This document shows positions 58,360 to 64,000 of a DNA stretch of 64,000 nucleotides, piece by piece (the stretch's first letter is position 1; every line of letters starts with the position of its first letter). The notes beneath the pieces are model-generated. The model saw only the letters and a program-made list of their open reading frames with translations. It ran no database searches and was not told where the DNA came from. This DNA is from Pseudomonadota bacterium (GTDB taxonomy: Bacteria; Pseudomonadota; Gammaproteobacteria; Steroidobacterales; Steroidobacteraceae), in the NCBI GenBank assembly GCA_025355105.1, contig JANYAE010000128.1, positions 9,850-73,849 on the forward strand, written 5' to 3'. Both the position numbers and the translations under genes were made by a program.

Positions 58360-61300
58360 ATGTCGTCGTCCCGAAGCCCGTCCCGCATCATTCCGCTGCC
58401 GCGGAACCCGACGGCTGTCGCACCGGCGGCGGAGGGCGATGAGGTGTTCGGGCCGCTCAACCCGACGCAGTCGACCACGCTGCCGAGCGGCTATTCCGGC
58501 CGCTTCCCCGGCATCAACCGCACGCTCGCCCGGCACCTGCGCGAAGCGACCGTCGAGGGCGAGCTCAGCGTCGACCGGCTGATGGAGGTCGCGACCCGCT
58601 ACTACGACCAGGTCGACGACGAGCGCCGCGGCATCGTGCGCTCGATGCAGCTGATGTCCGACGAGGCGCAGGAGCTGACCCGCGAGCTGCGCGAGCAGAC
58701 CGCGAGCCAGCTGCAGGCGATCCTCGACCACGTCAAGGACGTGATCCTGACCGTCGACTCGAGCGGCTACATCGAGTCCTTCAACCCGACCGGCGAGCGC
58801 GTGTTCGGCTACTCGCAGGCCGAGATCATCGGCCGGCCGCTGGCCTTCCTGCTGCCCGATCTCGGCACCGGCACCGCCCGCCTGGCCGAGCGCCTCGAGC
58901 AGCTGGCCCTCAAGAGCGACGACACGCACGTCGATCTCGCGGCCCACGAGACCACCGGCCGGCAGAAGAACGGCGACCGCTTCGCCGCCGAGCTCGCGGT
59001 CTCGAAGGCACGCGTCGGCCGCAAGTACGTCTACGTGCTGTGCCTGCGCGATGCCACCGAGCGCAAGCTGGCCGAGGGCGCGACCCGCGAGAGCGAGGCG
59101 CGCTACCGCTTGCTGGTCGAGAACGCCCCTGAGGCGATCGTCGTGCTCGACGTCGACCGCGGCTGCTTCGTCGACTGCAACGACCACGCGCTGCGGTTCT
59201 TCAAGATGGACCGCGCGCAACTGCTGTCGGCGGGCGCCGAGCAGATCAGCCCGGCGTTCCAGTCGGACGGCACGCCGTCGTTCGGTGTCGTGCGCGGCCA
59301 CATCGACCGCGCGCTGTCCGGCGAGACGCCGGTGTTTGAGTGGGTGCACCTCGACGCCAACGGCAAGGAGCTGCCCTGCGAGGTGCGCCTCGTCGGCCTG
59401 CCGAGCGCCGGCCGGCGGCTGGTGCGCGGCTCGATCACCGACATCTCCGAACGCAAGCGCGCCGAGGTCTACGCGGCCGGCGAGCGGCGCGTGCTCGAGC
59501 GACTGGCCTCGAACGCTTCGCTTGAGTCCGCGCTGGACGCCATCACCGACGTCATCGAGCGCCTGCACCCGGGCGACCGCTGCACGATCCGGCTGCTCGA
59601 GGAAGACGGCATGCTGCGGCACGTCTCGGCCGCGCACCTGCCGCGCGAGTTCTGCCAGGCGCTGCATGAGGTGCCGGTGGACCTGCGCTTCGGCTCGTGT
59701 GCCGCCGCCGTCTACCTGTCGCGCCAGGTCATCGTCGCCGACATCTCGACCGACCCGTACTGGGAGTACCGGCGCGAGGCGGCGCTGCGCTCCGGGCTGC
59801 GGGCCTGCTGGTCGAACCCGATCCGGGCCTCCGATGGCGCCGTGATCGGCACGCTCGCGATCTACCTGACGACGCCCTGCGCGCCGGCCGGGCGCGACGC
59901 CGAGCTCATGGCGCGCATGACGCAGCTGGCCGGCATCGCGATCGAGCGCCGCCGCGCCGAGTCGGCGCTGCGGCTCAGCGAGGCGCGCTTTCGCGGCCTG
60001 TTCGAGCACGTCGTCGAGGGCGTGTACCAGAGCGGCCCGGGCGGGCGTCTCAAGGCCGCGAACCCGGCGCTGGTGCGCATGCTCGGCTTCGGCAGCGCCG
60101 AGGAGCTGATGGCCCTCGAGAGCACGCGCGACCTGTACCTGTTCCAGGAGGTGCACGCCGAGCTTCGGACCCGGCTGCTGCGCGACGGCGAGATCAGGAA
60201 CGCCGAATACGAACTCAAGCGCCCTGACGGGCGGCTGATCACGGTGGTCGAGAACGCGCGCGTCGTGCGCGACGCCGCCGGCACCGTGCAGGGCTTCGAG
60301 GGCACGCTCTGGGACATCACCGAGCGGCGCCGCGCCGAGCTTGCCGTGCACGCCGAGAAGGAGCGCGCGCAGGTCACGCTGCAGTCGATCGGCGACGCGG
60401 TGATCACCACCGACGCGGCCGGCGTCATCGACTATCTGAACCCGGTCGCCGAACAGCTGACCGGCTGGACGCTCGACGAGGCGCGCGGCCAGGCGCTCGA
60501 CGCGGTGCTGCGGGTCGTCAACGAGGCGAGCCACGACAGCGCGGAAAACCTCGTCGCGCGCTGCCTCAAGGAAGGCCGCGTGATCCTCGGCAACGACCAG
60601 GCCGCGCTGGTCGCCCGCAACGGCCGCGAGGTCGCGATCCAGAACTCGGCGGCACCGATCCGCGACCGCGAGGGGCGTCTGCTCGGTACCGTGGTGGTGT
60701 TCCGCGACGTCAGCCGCGAGCGGCGCCTCAGGCGCGCGCTGTCCTACCAGGCGACCCACGACGCGCTCACTGGGCTGCTCAACCGCCGCGAATTCGAGCA
60801 CCGGCTGCACGCCGCGCTCGCCGAGACGCGCGGCGACTCGCCGATCGAGCACGCGCTCGTCTACGTCGACCTCGACCAGTTCAAGGTGGTCAACGACACC
60901 TGCGGCCACCCGGCCGGCGACCGCTTGCTGAAGCAAATGACGAGCCTCCTGCAGACCCGCGTGCGCACCAGCGACACGCTGGCGCGCCTCGGCGGCGACG
61001 AGTTCGGCATCCTGCTGCAGGACTGCGCGCTCGAGCAGGCGATGAAGATCGCCGAGGGCCTCAGGCAGTCGATCCGCGAGTTCCGCTACGAGTGGGCCGG
61101 CCAGCAGATCCAGATCGGCGCCTCGATCGGCATCGTCAGCATCGACAAGAGCAGCGACTCGGTGGCGGCGGTGATGAGCGCGGTCGACGTCGCCTGCTAC
61201 GCGGCCAAGGACGGCGGCCGCAACCGCGTGCACGTCTACGAGGCCGACAACGTGCCCGCGCGCCACAAGGAGATGCAGTGGGTGTCGCGCCTGCAGCGCG

Positions 61301-62046
61301 CCTCCGACGACGGGCGCCTGGAGATCTACTTCCAGCCGATCCTGCCGATCGGCCGCAACCAGGACCGCCAGCAGCACTACGAGCTGCTGCTGCGGATGCG
61401 GGACGAGGAGGGCAACCTGGTCCAGCCGATCGAGTTCATCCCGGCCGCCGAGCGCTACAACATGATGCCGGCGATCGACCGCTGGGTGGTCAAGCACGTG
61501 CTGGCGACCGTCCTCGCCCGCGGCCAGGTGGGCGAGCACGCCAGCTTCGCGATCAACCTGTCGGGCACGACGCTGTCTGATGAGGGCTTCCTCGAGTGGT
61601 TGCTCGCCGAGCTCACGGCCACCGAGATCCGGCCGGGGTCGCTGTGCTTCGAGATCACCGAGACCGCAGCGATCGCCTCGCTCTCGAACGTCGTCTTCTT
61701 CATGCGTGAGCTGCGCAACCGTGGCGTGCGCTTCGCGCTCGACGACTTCGGCTCCGGCCTGTCGTCCTTCTCCTACCTCAAGAATCTGCCGGTCGAGTTC
61801 TTGAAGATCGACGGCCAGTTCGTCGAGAACGTGTGCCGCGATTCGGTCGATCGCAGCATGGTCGAGGCCATCTGCCAGGTGGCCCGCGCGATGGGCATCC
61901 GCACGATCGCCGAGCGGGTCGAAACCCAGGACGTGCTCGACACGCTGGCCTCGATCGGCGTCGACTACGCGCAGGGCTTCCTGGTGGCGCGGCCGGAGCC
62001 AATCGCCGGGCTCGCCGCATCGCTCGCCCGGGGCGCCAAGCGCTGA
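58360..62046 (+). CDS. Multi-sensor c-di-GMP turnover protein: coiled coil, PAS, PAS, GAF, PAS, PAS, GGDEF, EAL
   Basis: 1228-aa ORF. PAS boxes include DVILTVDSSGYIESFNPTGERVFGY and VITTDAAGVIDYLNPVAEQLTGW. The GGDEF domain has an intact RxxD I-site plus active site (RTSDTLARLGGDEFGILL). EAL-domain motifs are YFQPI, HYELLLR, EITE, ALDDFGSG, LKID and QGF. The start codon is uncertain. Confidence 0.9.
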   Translation: MSSSRSPSRIIPLPRNPTAVAPAAEGDEVFGPLNPTQSTTLPSGYSGRFPGINRTLARHLREATVEGELSVDRLMEVATRYYDQVDDERRGIVRSMQLMSDEAQELTRELREQTASQLQAILDHVKDVILTVDSSGYIESFNPTGERVFGYSQAEIIGRPLAFLLPDLGTGTARLAERLEQLALKSDDTHVDLAAHETTGRQKNGDRFAAELAVSKARVGRKYVYVLCLRDATERKLAEGATRESEARYRLLVENAPEAIVVLDVDRGCFVDCNDHALRFFKMDRAQLLSAGAEQISPAFQSDGTPSFGVVRGHIDRALSGETPVFEWVHLDANGKELPCEVRLVGLPSAGRRLVRGSITDISERKRAEVYAAGERRVLERLASNASLESALDAITDVIERLHPGDRCTIRLLEEDGMLRHVSAAHLPREFCQALHEVPVDLRFGSCAAAVYLSRQVIVADISTDPYWEYRREAALRSGLRACWSNPIRASDGAVIGTLAIYLTTPCAPAGRDAELMARMTQLAGIAIERRRAESALRLSEARFRGLFEHVVEGVYQSGPGGRLKAANPALVRMLGFGSAEELMALESTRDLYLFQEVHAELRTRLLRDGEIRNAEYELKRPDGRLITVVENARVVRDAAGTVQGFEGTLWDITERRRAELAVHAEKERAQVTLQSIGDAVITTDAAGVIDYLNPVAEQLTGWTLDEARGQALDAVLRVVNEASHDSAENLVARCLKEGRVILGNDQAALVARNGREVAIQNSAAPIRDREGRLLGTVVVFRDVSRERRLRRALSYQATHDALTGLLNRREFEHRLHAALAETRGDSPIEHALVYVDLDQFKVVNDTCGHPAGDRLLKQMTSLLQTRVRTSDTLARLGGDEFGILLQDCALEQAMKIAEGLRQSIREFRYEWAGQQIQIGASIGIVSIDKSSDSVAAVMSAVDVACYAAKDGGRNRVHVYEADNVPARHKEMQWVSRLQRASDDGRLEIYFQPILPIGRNQDRQQHYELLLRMRDEEGNLVQPIEFIPAAERYNMMPAIDRWVVKHVLATVLARGQVGEHASFAINLSGTTLSDEGFLEWLLAELTATEIRPGSLCFEITETAAIASLSNVVFFMRELRNRGVRFALDDFGSGLSSFSYLKNLPVEFLKIDGQFVENVCRDSVDRSMVEAICQVARAMGIRTIAERVETQDVLDTLASIGVDYAQGFLVARPEPIAGLAASLARGAKR

Positions 62047-62048
62047 CT

Positions 62049-62075
62049 CGCGGCCCTGCCCGGGCCGCTCTCGTC
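62049..62075 (+). terminator. Candidate intrinsic terminator after the GGDEF-EAL gene
   Basis: A 7-bp GC stem GCGGCCC (62049-62055) pairs with GGGCCGC (62061-62067) across a 5-nt loop. A pyrimidine/T-rich tail (TCTCGTCT) follows. Confidence 0.4.
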
Positions 62076-62116
62076 TAGAATGACCGGGACCGCCCTCTGA
62101 GGCTCCCGCGAATCCC

Positions 62117-62980
62117 GTGCCGACCGACGCCGCCCGCGCTGACGCCCACGCCGCCGAGCACCCGGAGCTCCACTCGCGGCTGCTCGGCGAGGGCGATCCG
62201 CCGCCCTTCGAGGTCCACCATGACGGCGGCCGGCGCCGGGCGCTGATCGTCTGCGACCACGCCAGCCGGGCGATTCCGCGCTCGCTCGGGGGCCTCGGCC
62301 TGCCTGACGAGGCCACCTGGCGGCACATTGCCTGGGATATCGGCGCGGCCGAGCTGGCCCGGGCGCTCAGCCAGCGGCTCGATGCGCCGGCGCTGCTGGC
62401 CGGCTACTCGCGCCTGGTGGTCGACTGCAACCGCCGGCTCGAGGACCCCAGCTGCTTCGTCGCCTACGGCGACGGCCAGCGCGTGCCCGGCAACGAGCGG
62501 CTCACGGAAGCGGACCGGCGCGTCCGCGCCGCGGCCTGCCACGAGCCCTACCACAAGGCGATCGCCGCGCGGCTGCACGACTTTGCCCGGCAGGGCGTGA
62601 TCCCGGCGCTGATCGCGGTACACAGCTTCACGCCGGTGCTCGGCACCGAGGCCCGGCCGTGGAATGTCGGTGTGCTGTGGGACCATGACCCGAGGATCGC
62701 CGTGCCGCTGCTCGCGCGCCTGCGGGCCGAGCCCGGGCTCGTGGTCGGCGACAACCAGCCGTACTCCGGCCGGCATCCGGCGGATTACACGGTGGACCAC
62801 CATGCCGAGAGCGCAGGCCTGCCGCACGTCTGTCTCGAGGTGCGCCAGGATGAGCTGCTGACGCCGGCCGGGATCGCGTGCTGGACGGAGCGGATCGGCG
62901 GCGCGCTCGAGGCGATCCTCGCCGCTGAGTCGCTGTACGCCATCTGGCAGGCCCGCGGCGCGCGGGCCGGTGGGAGATAG
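62117..62980 (+). CDS. N-formylglutamate amidohydrolase (FGase/HutG-like) family protein
   Basis: 287-aa ORF with ALIVCDHASRAIP, GYSRLVVDCNR, AIHSFTP and HVCLEVRQD, which are characteristic FGase-family blocks. Confidence 0.75.
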   Translation: MPTDAARADAHAAEHPELHSRLLGEGDPPPFEVHHDGGRRRALIVCDHASRAIPRSLGGLGLPDEATWRHIAWDIGAAELARALSQRLDAPALLAGYSRLVVDCNRRLEDPSCFVAYGDGQRVPGNERLTEADRRVRAAACHEPYHKAIAARLHDFARQGVIPALIAVHSFTPVLGTEARPWNVGVLWDHDPRIAVPLLARLRAEPGLVVGDNQPYSGRHPADYTVDHHAESAGLPHVCLEVRQDELLTPAGIACWTERIGGALEAILAAESLYAIWQARGARAGGR

Positions 62981-62983
62981 CCG

Positions 62984-64000
62984 ATGCCGAAGGAGCCGCC
63001 ATTCACGGTCGGGATCGAGGAGGAGTACCTGCTCGTCGACTTGAAGACGCGCGACCTCGACAACGACCCGCCGCACAGTCTGGTCGAGGAGTGCCATCAG
63101 CGCTGCGGCGGTCAGGTGAGCCCGGAGTTCCTGCGCTCGCAGATCGAAATCGGCACCAAGGTGTGCCGCACGATTCCCGAGGCCAAGGAGGACCTGAAGC
63201 GGCTCAGGAAGACCGTGGTCGAGGTCGCCAACCAGCACGGGCTCGCGCCGATCGCGGCCTCGACGCACCCGTTCGCGCGCACCATCGAGCAGCGCCACAC
63301 CGACAAGGACCGCTACGTCGCGCTCGCCAAGGAGATGCAGGCCGCGGCGCGGCGCATGCTGATCTGCGGCATGCACGTGCACGTCGGCCTCGACGACAAC
63401 GAGCAGCGCATCGACCTGATGAACCAGCTGTCCTACTTCCTGCCGCACTTCCTGTCGCTGTCCACCTCGTCGCCCTTCTGGGAGGGCGAGCAGACCGGCT
63501 TTCGCTCGTTTCGGCTGACGATCTTCAACGCGCTGCCGCGCACCGGGCTGCCCGAGCGCTTCGCCAGCTGGGCCGAGTACCAGCGCCACATCGACACGCT
63601 GATCCGCACCGGGCTGATCCAGGACACCTCGAAGATCTGGTGGGACATGCGCCCGAGCTGGCGCTATCCGACGCTCGAGACCCGCATCATGGACTGCTGC
63701 ACGAGCGTCGACGATTCCGCCTGCCTCGCGGCGCTGGTGCAGTCGACGCTGCGGATGCTGTACCGGCTGCGCGGCCGCAACCAGCAGTGGCGCATGTACC
63801 CGGACATGCTGCTGGCCGAGAACCGCTGGCGTGCGATGCGCTACGGCTTCGACGAGGGGCTGCTCGATCTGGCGCGCGCCGAGCTCGTGCCCTTCGCCGA
63901 GCTGCTCGAGGAGCTCATCGAGCTGATCCGCGAGGACGCCGAGGCGCTCGGCTGCCTCAAGGACGTGGAGCACGCGCGCACCATCCTGCGCCGCGGCACC
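62984..64000 (+). CDS. Carboxylate-amine ligase, glutamate-cysteine-ligase family 2 (YbdK-like); 3' end lies outside the window
   Basis: ATG 62984 lies 3 nt after the upstream TAG. The frame stays open to the window edge (339 codons). Motifs are FTVGIEEEYLLVD, CGMHVHVGL, SSPFW.G..TG..S.R and WWDMRP. This ORF is absent from the ORF track because it has no stop codon. Confidence 0.85.
   Translation, partial: MPKEPPFTVGIEEEYLLVDLKTRDLDNDPPHSLVEECHQRCGGQVSPEFLRSQIEIGTKVCRTIPEAKEDLKRLRKTVVEVANQHGLAPIAASTHPFARTIEQRHTDKDRYVALAKEMQAAARRMLICGMHVHVGLDDNEQRIDLMNQLSYFLPHFLSLSTSSPFWEGEQTGFRSFRLTIFNALPRTGLPERFASWAEYQRHIDTLIRTGLIQDTSKIWWDMRPSWRYPTLETRIMDCCTSVDDSACLAALVQSTLRMLYRLRGRNQQWRMYPDMLLAENRWRAMRYGFDEGLLDLARAELVPFAELLEELIELIREDAEALGCLKDVEHARTILRRGT

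Noticed and set aside
58318-62328. 1,336-aa ORF on the minus strand, the longest ORF in this part of the track
   Set aside because: It is exactly antisense to the well-supported PAS/GAF-GGDEF-EAL gene. Its translation is low-complexity Arg/Ala/Gly/Asp/Leu with no recognisable motif. This is typical of spurious stop-free antisense frames in high-GC DNA.
62075-63973. 632-aa minus-strand ORF
   Set aside because: It is antisense to the FGase-family and GCS2 genes, both of which carry clear family motifs. Its composition is Arg/Ala/Leu/Gly-rich with no motif.

Overview
This is a high-GC (roughly two-thirds or more G+C by eye) proteobacterial chromosomal segment. I saw no rRNA, tRNA, CRISPR, IS element, transposase or integrase. 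All family calls come from motif recognition by eye; no searches were run.

About 46 kb (306-46606) is one large surface-glycan/exopolysaccharide (EPS) island. It contains:
(i) A short plus-strand GT2-methyltransferase-GT4 unit, just downstream of the 3' end of a sigma-54 activator.
(ii) A secreted beta-helix protein gene on the minus strand, convergent with unit (i) and divergent from operon (iii).
(iii) A 14-kb translationally coupled plus-strand operon (6171-20265). It encodes a CE4 deacetylase, an O-antigen-ligase/Wzy-like protein, a formyltransferase-like protein, a second CE4-like protein, two AsnB-type amidotransferases, a GT2, two GT4s and a heparinase II/III-like protein without a signal peptide.
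(iv) A Wza-like plus split-Wzc export module (EpsE/EpsF/EpsG-like, 20499-23628).
(v) Two very large secreted proteins. One is 2,221 aa with four DUF4082-type modules. The other is a 919-aa beta-propeller flanked by two copies of a related domain.
(vi) An 11-kb minus-strand operon (46606 down to 35288). It combines a WbpB/D/E/I-like 2,3-diacetamido-sugar pathway with a Gtr/Arn-like set (polyprenyl-phosphate GT2, small flippase, GT-C transferase) and a Wzx flippase.

The gene families match what I know as exosortase-A (PEP-CTERM)-associated EPS loci. However, no exosortase, PEP-CTERM substrate or priming phosphoglycosyl transferase lies in the window.

The right quarter is housekeeping and regulatory. 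It holds a UPF0104 membrane protein, a GlrK-QseG-GlrR-like sigma-54 two-component system, galE, srkA, a lipoprotein, typA, an outer-membrane beta-barrel candidate, a PAS/GAF-GGDEF-EAL protein, and an N-formylglutamate-amidohydrolase-family gene next to a GCS2 carboxylate-amine ligase gene.

Unusually long non-coding gaps (875, 619 and 999 bp) flank the island's operons.
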